Source: Nitrososphaerota archaeon
Lineage (GTDB): Archaea > Thermoproteota > EX4484-205 > JAAOZP01
NCBI GenBank assembly: GCA_011605725.1
Contig: JAAOZP010000004.1
Coordinates: forward strand, 185,739-249,738
Length of the DNA stretch: 64,000 bases
Reading direction: 5' to 3'
Numbering within the stretch: the first letter of the stretch is position 1; every line of letters begins with the position of its first letter. The translations under genes and the position numbers were made by a program. Shown here in pieces: positions 50,966 through 60,490 of the stretch. The notes under the pieces were generated by a model. It saw nothing but the letters and a program-made list of their open reading frames with translations. It was not told the DNA's origin and searched no databases.

Positions 50966-51745
50966 TTGGTCAAGCTAATGCTTAGAGTCTTGAGGGTAAT
51001 AGTCCCTGCTGGAGGGTTTGCAAAACGTCTTCAACATCTTGGAGTGCATATGGCAAAGCCGCTTGTTAAGGTTTGCGACAGACCGATAATAGACTACACT
51101 ATGGAGAAAATAAGTATCTTAAACCCGAGCGAAGTCATCATAACAGTAAACCGGAAGTTTGAAAAAGATTTCAGAGAATGGCTTGCGTCCAGAAACTATG
51201 TTAATACGAGGCTGCAGGTTGAGGAAAGTACGCGGGAGGAGGAGAAACCTGGAACAATATTGTCGTTAGCGATGCTGGTTGACAATATTGAGCGTGACGA
51301 ATACCTTGTTATAGCTGGCGATAATCTTTTCTCGCTTGATTTAACGAAGTTTCTGAACTTCTATCATGATAAGAATGCGCCGCTTGTAGCGCTGTACGAC
51401 GTTGGCGATATTGATCTTGTTAAAATGTATTCCTGCGTAAAGCTTGCTGAAGATGGTAGAATAGTGGATTTCGTGGAGAAGCCTTTGAATCCGGCTTCAA
51501 CAATGATAGCTACTGCGATCTACATGTTTCCATGGGAATCGTTTGTAAAAATCAAGAAATACGTTGAGGAAGGCGGCCACAGGGATAGTCCAGGTCACTT
51601 TATATCCTGGCTTTGCAGAAAGGAGCCAGTATACGGCTACGTTTTCCAAGGGTACTGGTTCGACATCGGAACTCCAAAGACTTATGAGGAGGCATGCAGG
51701 TTTATGGAGAGCCTTAGAAAAAGACAGCTTAGTCTAACGGGTTAA
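50966..51745 (+). CDS. Sugar-phosphate nucleotidyltransferase
   Basis: AGGFAKRL, KPL, AGDN, FVEKP, WFDIG. Confidence 0.9.
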   Translation: MVKLMLRVLRVIVPAGGFAKRLQHLGVHMAKPLVKVCDRPIIDYTMEKISILNPSEVIITVNRKFEKDFREWLASRNYVNTRLQVEESTREEEKPGTILSLAMLVDNIERDEYLVIAGDNLFSLDLTKFLNFYHDKNAPLVALYDVGDIDLVKMYSCVKLAEDGRIVDFVEKPLNPASTMIATAIYMFPWESFVKIKKYVEEGGHRDSPGHFISWLCRKEPVYGYVFQGYWFDIGTPKTYEEACRFMESLRKRQLSLTG

Positions 51746-52064
51746 AACTGCTGCGCTTATGGATGAGGGAGACAAATAGGTTAACTATAGTTAAAACAAG
51801 GTTTTCCATCTTCATACTCGTCTTCCCCAGGCAGTCCGGCTACGTCTGCTTCCAACCGCGCGCCGGGTACGGCTCTAAGCAGCTTCTCCTACTATAGCGC
51901 GCGCTGGGAGAAGCATAAGCATCGTAACTCGTGGTAAGCATCACTCTTCTGGCGTGCTACGCCTCCCAACAGTGAGCTCCTCCGTGAAGAAGAGTGGGGG
52001 TCTAAACACGACTCCGGAGGATAGCTTAAAACTTTAAGAAATCTGAGCCAGAATATTCGTAGGA

Positions 52065-53210
52065 ATGGCTTCCAGATACGGGGCGCTCGGCGTGGACGTG
52101 AATAAGAAGGGAGTGGAGTTTTTAAAGAGGATTACTGACGATGTTTTTCCAGAGGCCTTTTCCCCTGTTGTTAAAGATCCTTTAAACCCGGAATGGGGAA
52201 TAGTGCTTCACACAGACGGTGCTGGGACTAAGCCGGTGGTCTCCTACGTCTACTATAAGGAGACCGGCGAGGAAAAGTTCTTTGAAACCATGGCTGATGA
52301 CGTTGTCGCAATGAATGTTGATGACGCTGCGTGTGTAGGAGGAGTTCCAACTGCTTTCTCAGACTATGTTGCGGTAAATCCTTTTAAAGTCCCTAAACAG
52401 GAGCTTCTTAAGAGCTTGGCTAAAGGTTTTTCCAAGGTTTTTTCAAGACTCAGGGAGAACGGTGTTAAAGTTTTTTTCAGTGGCGGCGAGACAGCTGATC
52501 TTCCTGACATTGTCAGGACTTTTGACGTTTCAGGGACAGTAGTGGCTAGGGTTAAGCTCTCAGAAGTGATAACCGGTAGGGAAGTCTCATCGGGGAATGT
52601 TATAGTGGGGCTGAGAAGCGGAGGGAGGTCAACGTATGAAGAGAGGGAGAACAGTGGAATAATGTGTAACGGGATAACGCTTGCAAGACATTGCCTTTTA
52701 GTGAAAGAATACTTAGACAAGTATCCTGAGATAGGTTCGGAAGCCAAAGGGTATTACGGTCGTTTCAAAATAGATTCTTTCATAGATGAGCTTAACATGA
52801 GTATAGGGGAAGCATTATTGTCTCCCTCTAGGGTCTACCTGCCGATAATACTTAAAGTCATAAAAAAGGTTGAGGTTAAAGCAATAATTCATAATACTGG
52901 TGGAGGTTTAACAAAATGTTTGAAAATAGGTAGGAGCATAAGGTATGTGAAGGATAATCTTCCTGAGCCGGATCCAATATTTAGGCTCATCCAGGCTGAG
53001 AGCCGGGAGACCTGGAGAAACATGTATCGTAGCTTCAACATGGGAATAGGATTAGAGGTGATCGTCGAGAAAGGTGATGAGGACGATGTTATAGATGTAT
53101 CTGAAAAATTTCACGTCGATGCTCAGGTAATCGGCAGGTGTGAGAAATCCTCCGATGGAAACTCTCTCATCATTGTTTCGAAGAATGGTAGATTCAAGTA
53201 TCATGCCTAA
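52065..53210 (+). CDS. purM: Phosphoribosylformylglycinamidine cyclo-ligase
   Basis: HTDGAGTK, AMNVDD, GGETAD, HNTGGG, FNMGIG. Confidence 0.9.
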   Translation: MASRYGALGVDVNKKGVEFLKRITDDVFPEAFSPVVKDPLNPEWGIVLHTDGAGTKPVVSYVYYKETGEEKFFETMADDVVAMNVDDAACVGGVPTAFSDYVAVNPFKVPKQELLKSLAKGFSKVFSRLRENGVKVFFSGGETADLPDIVRTFDVSGTVVARVKLSEVITGREVSSGNVIVGLRSGGRSTYEERENSGIMCNGITLARHCLLVKEYLDKYPEIGSEAKGYYGRFKIDSFIDELNMSIGEALLSPSRVYLPIILKVIKKVEVKAIIHNTGGGLTKCLKIGRSIRYVKDNLPEPDPIFRLIQAESRETWRNMYRSFNMGIGLEVIVEKGDEDDVIDVSEKFHVDAQVIGRCEKSSDGNSLIIVSKNGRFKYHA

Positions 53211-53275
53211 AACGTCGAAGTAAAGAAATTGCTAACGGTTCGACTAGGGGCATGAAGCTGAATGAACTATCTTGT

Positions 53276-53512
53276 TCAATGCTCCGGAGAGAAAGATATT
53301 AGTGTTTCAGTATGCTCCACGTGTTCAAGCTTCTCTAAAACCTCGTATATTGTTTTTCTGAGCTCCTCCAAGTTCTTGGATTCAATCACTAGTACTGCAT
53401 CATATCTTCCTAAGACTGAGTTTGCCAGTTTAACACCCTTAACCCTCCTTGCTCTCACAACCTCTTCGGAAGTACCTGGTTTGGTTCTAACAAGGATGAA
53501 GGCCCTAATCAT
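53276..53512 (-). CDS. Lrp/AsnC ligand-binding (RAM) domain protein
   Basis: AFILVRTKPG...GRYDAV...TETLI. Confidence 0.85.
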   Translation of the reverse strand: MIRAFILVRTKPGTSEEVVRARRVKGVKLANSVLGRYDAVLVIESKNLEELRKTIYEVLEKLEHVEHTETLISFSPEH

Positions 53513-53518
53513 CTCAAG

Positions 53519-53752
53519 TCACTGCAAAACTATGGATGTCTCTGTCCTAACAATGTTCGGAATTCTTTCAATAACCTCGTAGAGCAGCCTAGTTAATTCC
53601 TCGGGGCTCTCGGCTTCAACCGCTGCCACAACGTCAAACCTCCCATAGATAGGGTCGGCTGAATGGACACCTTTAATCTTCTTCATTTCGTTTGAAACTT
53701 CTATGGATGTTCCAGGCTTCGTCACGAGGAACACGTATGCCTTAACAACCAT
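53519..53752 (-). CDS. Lrp/AsnC ligand-binding (RAM) domain protein
   Basis: AYVFLVTKPG...GRFDVV...TETSI. Confidence 0.85.
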   Translation of the reverse strand: MVVKAYVFLVTKPGTSIEVSNEMKKIKGVHSADPIYGRFDVVAAVEAESPEELTRLLYEVIERIPNIVRTETSIVLQ

Positions 53753-53841
53753 AGTTAAACATGGTTAAAGGAAGTATTTAATCGTTTTCCTGAGCCAATA
53801 TCAATAATTACGGATAAAAAGCTGTGTTGCCGAAGATTTTC

Positions 53842-54192
53842 CTACTCCACCCTCACCGCGGTTCCTACGGCAGTGATTACTATAAAGCCCTCCAGGATTT
53901 CAGAGGTTTCGAAATCTATGCCGACAACCCCGTTCGCACCAATCGAGGCTGCTCTCCTCATAAGGTTCTCAAGCGCTTCGTTCCTTGCTTTCTCGATTTC
54001 CGAAAGGTATGCTTCCGACTTCCCCCCGACCAGCGCCTCTATCCCGGCTACGAATCTTCCAAGCGCGCCTCTCGTCCTCACTGTTTGCCCGAAGACTATG
54101 CCCAGGCTCCTCACGATTCTCATCCCAGGTATTTCAGGAGTCGTGGAGAGGTAGATTTGACCGGGTGGGGGTGGAGGAACAGAGGATTCCAT
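53842..54192 (-). CDS. YbjQ/UPF0145 family protein
   Basis: LGIVFG...GANGVVGIDFE...GTAV. Confidence 0.9.
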   Translation of the reverse strand: MESSVPPPPPGQIYLSTTPEIPGMRIVRSLGIVFGQTVRTRGALGRFVAGIEALVGGKSEAYLSEIEKARNEALENLMRRAASIGANGVVGIDFETSEILEGFIVITAVGTAVRVE

Positions 54193-54276
54193 GAAGTATT
54201 CTCGTAATGGGTGAAGATAAGCTTTAAGCCCTAGGGTTGGAAACGTTTTTTAAACACCTTTGGAGAAAAAGCTTCT

Positions 54277-55218
54277 ATGTGGCTGGCTGAGGATCCTTTA
54301 ACCGGCGGAGAAACACTTGTTGTCAAATATTCTAACCTAGGCATCGGTAGACTGTTAAGGGGGAAGGTCAGGGACATTTACGACTTGGGCGAGGAGCTTT
54401 TGATATACCATACCGACAGGGTTTCAGCATTCGACGTCGTGCTTCCGACACCCATACCTAGAAAGGGAGAATACCTGCAGAAGCTAACAGTATTCTGGAT
54501 GAAGAGGAGCAGGAGCGTGTTTCCAAACCATCTTATAGATGCTGTGGATGAGAGGAGCATACTTGTCAGGAAGGCCCAGAGGATTAATGTTGAATGGGTT
54601 GTTAGGAAATACGTTTACGGATCATTGTGGAGGGCCTACAGCGAGGGCAGGAGGGAAATATACGGGTTAAGGTTCCCCGAGGGGCTTAAGATGGCTGAGG
54701 AGCTTCCAGAACCAGTGTTAACACCCACTACGAAGGCCGATGTTGGTCACGACAGAGAGATCACTAGGGCTGAAGCCCTTGAGATGAAGCTTCTGGACGC
54801 GGATACTTGGCGTACGCTGGAGGAGGCTGCTTTAAAGCTGTACGAGTTTTACGAGGCTGAAGCCAGGAAAGCAGGAATCATAATACCCGACTTCAAAATA
54901 GAGTTCGGCTTCTACAGGGACGAGTTGATCCAGATAGACGAACCGCCTACGCATGACTCCGCTAGACTCTGGCCAGTCAAGTATTACAGGGTTGGAGAAC
55001 CTCAGGAGTCGCACTGTCTGGATAAAGAGTTTCTCAGGGAATGTTTGAGAAGAATGGGTTTCGTTGGCGAGGGGAAGCCGCCTGAACTGCCTCCTCCAGT
55101 TGTTAAGGAGGTTTCTAAAAGATGCGTCGGAGCGTACAAGGTGCTTGCCGAGGGCGTTAGCGTCGACAGCCTGAGTTTGCTGAGTGTCGAAGATGTTCTA
55201 GCTAACCTTTCAAAATAA
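54277..55218 (+). CDS. purC: SAICAR synthetase
   Basis: RGKVRDIY, TDRVSAFD, TPTTKA, DFKIEFG, LDKEFLR. Confidence 0.95.
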   Translation: MWLAEDPLTGGETLVVKYSNLGIGRLLRGKVRDIYDLGEELLIYHTDRVSAFDVVLPTPIPRKGEYLQKLTVFWMKRSRSVFPNHLIDAVDERSILVRKAQRINVEWVVRKYVYGSLWRAYSEGRREIYGLRFPEGLKMAEELPEPVLTPTTKADVGHDREITRAEALEMKLLDADTWRTLEEAALKLYEFYEAEARKAGIIIPDFKIEFGFYRDELIQIDEPPTHDSARLWPVKYYRVGEPQESHCLDKEFLRECLRRMGFVGEGKPPELPPPVVKEVSKRCVGAYKVLAEGVSVDSLSLLSVEDVLANLSK

Positions 55219-55536
55219 ACAATTTTCACTATTGGAAATGGGTTGAACATACGGTGCCTCATATTGATGCTTATATGCTGAATCCTACTAAGGATGGTGA
55301 AGATAGTGGTTACGCGTTCAATTTTTGTCTGTAGAGTTTAGAAGCTGGCTTCTAGCGGGTCGACTAGGCCTTCTATTTTCCACTAAGGATGACAGTAAAC
55401 CAGTTTTCAAAAGCATAGTGTTGTGAAACGCGTGCTGCCCCTTCCAACGAGGAGTCTTTTTAACACGAACATGTGTAATTTTACTGGTTTATGTCACAAA
55501 TTTTTAATAAGCCGTCTGAAATGTTTTTGGCTGTAG

Positions 55537-57024
55537 ATGCTTAAGGAGAGCTGTGGCGTGTTTGGGGCGAAGTGTTTCAACGGTAAGTGTGTTTTCGACT
55601 TTCTCTACTGGGGTCTTGTGGCGCAGAACCATAGGGGGCACGAGTCTTATGGTTTTTTGACGTATGCCGGGGGTTTCAGGCGTCACGTGAACGTTGGGCT
55701 TGTTCCGCAGATTTTTGGAGAGAGGTATTCTAGGTGGCGTGGCTTCCTCCAGGGCTCTGTCGGTATTGCTCACGTCAGGTATGGAACGTCTGGGGATAGG
55801 AGTTCCCTGTCCCGGCTGAACGATGCGCAACCGATGATCTCTTCCTACGCGGGTGAGAAGATTGGTTTCGCTTTCAACGGTAACATTGTTAACGTTAACG
55901 AGCTTAGGAGCAGGTTGAAGGCTTCGGGCGATTCTGGAGCGGGCTGTGATGCAGCTGTCTTGTCTAAAATCCTTGCTATCAGTGTTGGAGACGGGTTGAT
56001 GAGTGGTGTTGAACACTGCATGAGGAATGTTGAAGGAGCATTCTCCGCCGTGTGTCTCAGGTCTAACGGGGAGCTTTTCGCCTTCAGAGACCCGCTGGGT
56101 ATTAGGCCTCTCAGCATTGGGGAGAGTGAGGATGGTACGGTTAAAGCTTTCTCCTCCGAGACTGTTGGACTTGATATTAACGGTCTGAGGTTTACGAGTG
56201 ACGTTGAGCCCGGTGAGATTGTTGTCTTTAATAAGGATGGTGTCGTGAGGGAGAGACTTGTTAAAAAGGATCGGACTGCTTTCTGCGCTTTCGAATACGC
56301 TTACTTCGCTAGGCCGGATTCCATGCTAAACGGGAAGTATGTTTACAGCGTGAGGGAGGATTTTGGCAGAAACCTGGGAAGGAGGTTTAGGGATGTCGTT
56401 GAGAAGTCTGACGTGATTCTTTCAATGCCTGAGACTGCTGAGGACGCCGCCTACGGTCTGCACGAGGAAACCGGTTTGAAATGGGAAAGGATTCTCAGGA
56501 GGCACAGGTATGTTACTCAAAGGGCTTTTATTCTTGAGCCCAGTGAAAGGGTTTCAACAATCGATAAGAAGGTGAACATTATGAACGGCAGGCTTAAAGG
56601 CAAGAAGGTTATTGTTGTCGACGACAGTATCGTCAGAGGAGACACCACTAGGACCGTGGTTAGGAAGCTTAGGAGGGCTGGCGCCGAGAAGGTCTATCTA
56701 TTCATAACTTTCCCAAGAATAACACATCCCTGTTTCTACGGTGTCGACATGGCTACTTTCTCAGAGCTTATCGGCTTCAGGTTTGACGAGGAGGGTGTTG
56801 CCAAGCAGGTTGGCGCCGACGGGGTTTTCTACCAGCCTTTGGAGGACTATGTCAAGGCTACGGGAATGGGTTTCAACGAGCTTTGCCTAGCATGCGTCAC
56901 GGGAGAGTATCCGACTGAGCTTGCTCAGAAGATGGCTGAAGCCGCTAAGGCTTCAAAGGATGTTAAGGATGAGAGGCGGATATATGAGAGGACTGAGCTT
57001 ACGGGGCGGGAGTGGTCTGCATGA
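55537..57024 (+). CDS. purF: Amidophosphoribosyltransferase
   Basis: ESCGVFG, HRG, HVRYGTSG, YFARPDS, VDDSIVRG. Confidence 0.95.
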   Translation: MLKESCGVFGAKCFNGKCVFDFLYWGLVAQNHRGHESYGFLTYAGGFRRHVNVGLVPQIFGERYSRWRGFLQGSVGIAHVRYGTSGDRSSLSRLNDAQPMISSYAGEKIGFAFNGNIVNVNELRSRLKASGDSGAGCDAAVLSKILAISVGDGLMSGVEHCMRNVEGAFSAVCLRSNGELFAFRDPLGIRPLSIGESEDGTVKAFSSETVGLDINGLRFTSDVEPGEIVVFNKDGVVRERLVKKDRTAFCAFEYAYFARPDSMLNGKYVYSVREDFGRNLGRRFRDVVEKSDVILSMPETAEDAAYGLHEETGLKWERILRRHRYVTQRAFILEPSERVSTIDKKVNIMNGRLKGKKVIVVDDSIVRGDTTRTVVRKLRRAGAEKVYLFITFPRITHPCFYGVDMATFSELIGFRFDEEGVAKQVGADGVFYQPLEDYVKATGMGFNELCLACVTGEYPTELAQKMAEAAKASKDVKDERRIYERTELTGREWSA

Positions 57025-58334
57025 CTGGAATACTTGGAATATATCTTTTCGACGAAAGGTGGAACGCTGGGAGCTTCGGAGTATACGGGTTGATGGCTTT
57101 ACAGCATAGGGGTCAGGAGACGGCTGGGATGGAGCTCATAGGACAGGCTAGGTGGCGAGTATCCGGGAAAGGCTTGGTTGAAGATGTTTTAAGCCATTTA
57201 GGGGCTGAGGGGCATATTTGCTTGGGTGCAGTATCCCCGTATCCTGTTGAAGCCGAGGAGGATATTCAGCCTATTGCCCTAAGCGAGAGAGTCTCGGTGG
57301 CTTTAGACGGCAGGGTGACAGGAATCAAGGGATATTCTTGGGATGCTTCACTAAGCTATGAGGGTAACCTTAGGAGGGCGTTCGCAAGCTCCGTCGGAGG
57401 TAATGGGGAAATAGAGGCTGTTAAAGAGTTTTTCGACAACTGTAAGGGAGGTTTTTCCTACATCGCTGTGAACCACCGTATGGAGATGGTTGCTGGAAGA
57501 TGCAGCCTTGGCGTTAAGCCGCTAGTACTGGGTAAATTCGGGTTTGAAGGCGGGATAGTTGCTTCAGAGAGCTGCGTGATGGACGTTGTCGGCGAGAGGG
57601 TTCCGATAAGCCCTGCTGAGAATATTGAGGCGGGGGATGCAATGGTTTTCACACCTTTCTCGGCACGACTGGTTAAGGGTGGCGATTCATCTGGCAAGGC
57701 TTACTGCAGCTTCGAATACGTGTATCTCGCTAGGCCCGACTCATATGTTAACGATATTCCAATATACAGGGTTAGGAGGAACATAGGTAGGAGGCTTTCA
57801 GAGGAAGGCAGGGTGGATGCCGACGTGGTGATAGGCGTTCCTGAGACAGCAATACCCTTCGCAATGGCATATTCCAACGAGACGGGCATACCTATAGAGA
57901 AGGGTTTCGAGCTTACTGGCAGGAGGGTTAGGAGCGCGTTGAGGCCAGACCAGTTTGAAAGGCTCAAAGGCGTTCAGCTTAAGCTGAACGTGATAAGCGA
58001 GGCGGTTAGGGGTAAGAGGGTTATTCTTATTGACGACAGCGTTGTAAGGGGTAACACGCTTGCAAACATAGTCTACTTGATGAAGGAGAAGGGTGCTAAG
58101 GAGATACATGTCAGAATAGGGAGCCCGCACATTGTTTCCCACTGTCCCTTTGGCGTTGAGGTTCCGCCTGAGGATGAGCTGATTGGAAGACACTTGTCTG
58201 AGGAGAAGATAGCTGAGGTTGTTGGTGCAGACTCTTTCAAATACCTAAGTATAGAGGGCTTGATTGATGCGATAGGTTTGAGGAGAGATGAACTGTGTTT
58301 AGGCTGCTTCAATTGTGAGTATCCGGAGGTGTAA
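57021..58334 (+). CDS. purF: Amidophosphoribosyltransferase paralog lacking the N-terminal Cys
   Basis: MTGILG start, QHRGQE, YLARPDS, IDDSVVRGNT. Confidence 0.85.
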   Translation: MTGILGIYLFDERWNAGSFGVYGLMALQHRGQETAGMELIGQARWRVSGKGLVEDVLSHLGAEGHICLGAVSPYPVEAEEDIQPIALSERVSVALDGRVTGIKGYSWDASLSYEGNLRRAFASSVGGNGEIEAVKEFFDNCKGGFSYIAVNHRMEMVAGRCSLGVKPLVLGKFGFEGGIVASESCVMDVVGERVPISPAENIEAGDAMVFTPFSARLVKGGDSSGKAYCSFEYVYLARPDSYVNDIPIYRVRRNIGRRLSEEGRVDADVVIGVPETAIPFAMAYSNETGIPIEKGFELTGRRVRSALRPDQFERLKGVQLKLNVISEAVRGKRVILIDDSVVRGNTLANIVYLMKEKGAKEIHVRIGSPHIVSHCPFGVEVPPEDELIGRHLSEEKIAEVVGADSFKYLSIEGLIDAIGLRRDELCLGCFNCEYPEV

Positions 58335-58336
58335 GG

Positions 58337-59815
58337 TTGAAAGTACTTCTAGTCGGTAGCGGTGGACGGGAGCATGCTATAGCTAAAGCATTCTATAATA
58401 GTGGTTATGAACCTAAGCTCTTCTGCGTATCGGAGCTTGTAAACCCTGGCATCAACCGAATCGTTAAGGAAACCGGTGGAGAATATTACGTTGGGAACCC
58501 GAATAATCCTGAGACAGTTTTCCAAACCGCTGCCAGAGCTGGTGTAGACTTCGTATTCATTGGTCCTGAAGAGCCTAATTTCCGAGGTGTCCCAGACAAG
58601 CTTGAGGAAGAAGGAATACCCTGCATAGGTGCTAACAGGGAGGTTGCTGAAATAGAGATGTCTAAAGCAAGCATGAGAGATCTTCAGTGGAAATACATGA
58701 TTCCAGGAAGACTTTGGTATAAGAAGTTTAAAACATTTGAAGAAGCTGTTCCATACGTTGAAGAGTATGCTGAGAGCGTTGCCTTAAAGCCTGCGAGACA
58801 AGTCGGGGGCAAGGGTGTTAAAGTGATAGAGGACTTTCAAGTCTATTTAAAGGAGGAGAAGAAGAGGGTGAAGAAGAAGCATGTAGAATCCATCTATAGA
58901 GACTACATGAAGGGTTACGACGACGTGGATTTCAAAATATTGATAGAGGAGAGGGTTTGGGGGCCAGAGTATACTTTGCAATGCTTTACTGATGGTAGGA
59001 CAGTAATCCCGATGCCGGCGGTCCAGGATAACAAGCATGCTTTCGACGGTGACTTAGGTCCAGAGACGGGTGGAATGGGTTCTATAGCTTGTGGCATGAA
59101 CCTTAAGTGGAGTGTTAACGACGATAGGGCAATACTTACTGAGGAGGAGATTGAGAAGTCTACTGAAATAGTTAGGATGATGGTTGAGGCGATTCAGAAA
59201 GAAACTGGCCGTAAATACCATGGTGTTGTTGCTGGGCAAATGATGCTCACCTCAATATGGGGTCCTACAATAATAGAAATGTACTCTAGGCTCGGTGACC
59301 CTGAAGCCCTTAACGTGTTGGCTGTTTTGAAAACCGATTTGGTTGAGATATGTGAGGCAATAATAAGCGAGAAACTGAACACTATTAGGGTAGAGTTTGA
59401 AGAGAAAGCGACAGTCGTTAAAGCGGTCTCGCCGGAGGGATATCCTTTGAACAGAGACCTTGCAAAAGGGCATCCGGCTATAGTTGACGAAGAAGAGGGT
59501 GTTTTCTGGGCTTCGGCGCATTTGAGAGAAGACGGTGTAGTAGAGACTGGGGGATCAAGGCTCATAGAGTGTCTCGGTGTTGCTGAGTCTATTCCGGAAG
59601 CCAGCCTTATTGCTGAAAGGCTTACTTCTAAAGCACGGTTGGCAGACGGCTGGGGTCTATTTCATAGAAGCGACATCGGTTCAGAGAAGTCTCTGGAGAG
59701 AAGGATAATGCTTGCCAACATGGCTAGGGAAATATACAAGTATAGGGAGAGAAAAGGTATTCTTGGAAAAAGAATTATATGGATTCCTGGAAAAGGCTTG
59801 GAAGAGGTTGGCTAG
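58337..59815 (+). CDS. purD: Phosphoribosylamine-glycine ligase
   Basis: [30 protein letters not shown]. Confidence 0.95.
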   Translation: MKVLLVGSGGREHAIAKAFYNSGYEPKLFCVSELVNPGINRIVKETGGEYYVGNPNNPETVFQTAARAGVDFVFIGPEEPNFRGVPDKLEEEGIPCIGANREVAEIEMSKASMRDLQWKYMIPGRLWYKKFKTFEEAVPYVEEYAESVALKPARQVGGKGVKVIEDFQVYLKEEKKRVKKKHVESIYRDYMKGYDDVDFKILIEERVWGPEYTLQCFTDGRTVIPMPAVQDNKHAFDGDLGPETGGMGSIACGMNLKWSVNDDRAILTEEEIEKSTEIVRMMVEAIQKETGRKYHGVVAGQMMLTSIWGPTIIEMYSRLGDPEALNVLAVLKTDLVEICEAIISEKLNTIRVEFEEKATVVKAVSPEGYPLNRDLAKGHPAIVDEEEGVFWASAHLREDGVVETGGSRLIECLGVAESIPEASLIAERLTSKARLADGWGLFHRSDIGSEKSLERRIMLANMAREIYKYRERKGILGKRIIWIPGKGLEEVG

Positions 59816-59819
59816 AAAA

Positions 59820-60251
59820 ATGGCTAAGGTGGCTGTTATAATAGGAAGCAAGTCGGATGAAGAGCTGGGTAAAAACATAGTGGATTTTCTGGAAGACTTC
59901 GGTGTTGAGTGTGACTACAGGGTTCTCTCCGCCCACAGGAATCCTGAGGAGCTAGACAGGTTTGTTAAAAATAGTGATGCACAGGTTTTCATTGCTGTCG
60001 CAGGTCTCTCAGCTGCTCTGCCGGGAGTAATAGCATCCAAGACTGTGAAGCCGGTGATAGGTGTTCCAAAGGAGGTTAAGCTAGGAGGACTCGACTCTTT
60101 ACTCTCAATTGTCCAAATGCCGCCGGGAATACCTGTTGCTACAGTCGGCATAGATAATTGGAAGAACGCGGCGATACTCGCATTAGAAATACTCTCCTTG
60201 AAACATCCTGAACTCATGGAGAAACTTCTCGAGGAGAGGAGGAGAAATTGA
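59820..60251 (+). CDS. purE: N5-CAIR mutase / AIR carboxylase
   Basis: [31 protein letters not shown]. Confidence 0.95.
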   Translation: MAKVAVIIGSKSDEELGKNIVDFLEDFGVECDYRVLSAHRNPEELDRFVKNSDAQVFIAVAGLSAALPGVIASKTVKPVIGVPKEVKLGGLDSLLSIVQMPPGIPVATVGIDNWKNAAILALEILSLKHPELMEKLLEERRRN

Positions 60252-60490
60252 AGATCAGGGCAGAGGTTAGGCTTAAGCCTGGGCATTTCGATCCTGAGGG
60301 GGATGTGACTGCAAAGTCTCTTAGAGAGCTAGGTTTTCCTGTGGATGCTGTTAAAGTTGGCAAAGTATACGTTTTAGATGTTAAAGTTAACAGTAAAGAA
60401 GAAGCATTAAGACTGACTGAAGAAATGTGTAGAAAGCTTTTGGCAAATCCTGTTAAGGATGATTATACTATAGAGGTGCTTAACACCTGA
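60248..60490 (+). CDS. purS: FGAM synthase PurS
   Basis: DPEG...LLANPV. Confidence 0.93.
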   Translation: MKIRAEVRLKPGHFDPEGDVTAKSLRELGFPVDAVKVGKVYVLDVKVNSKEEALRLTEEMCRKLLANPVKDDYTIEVLNT

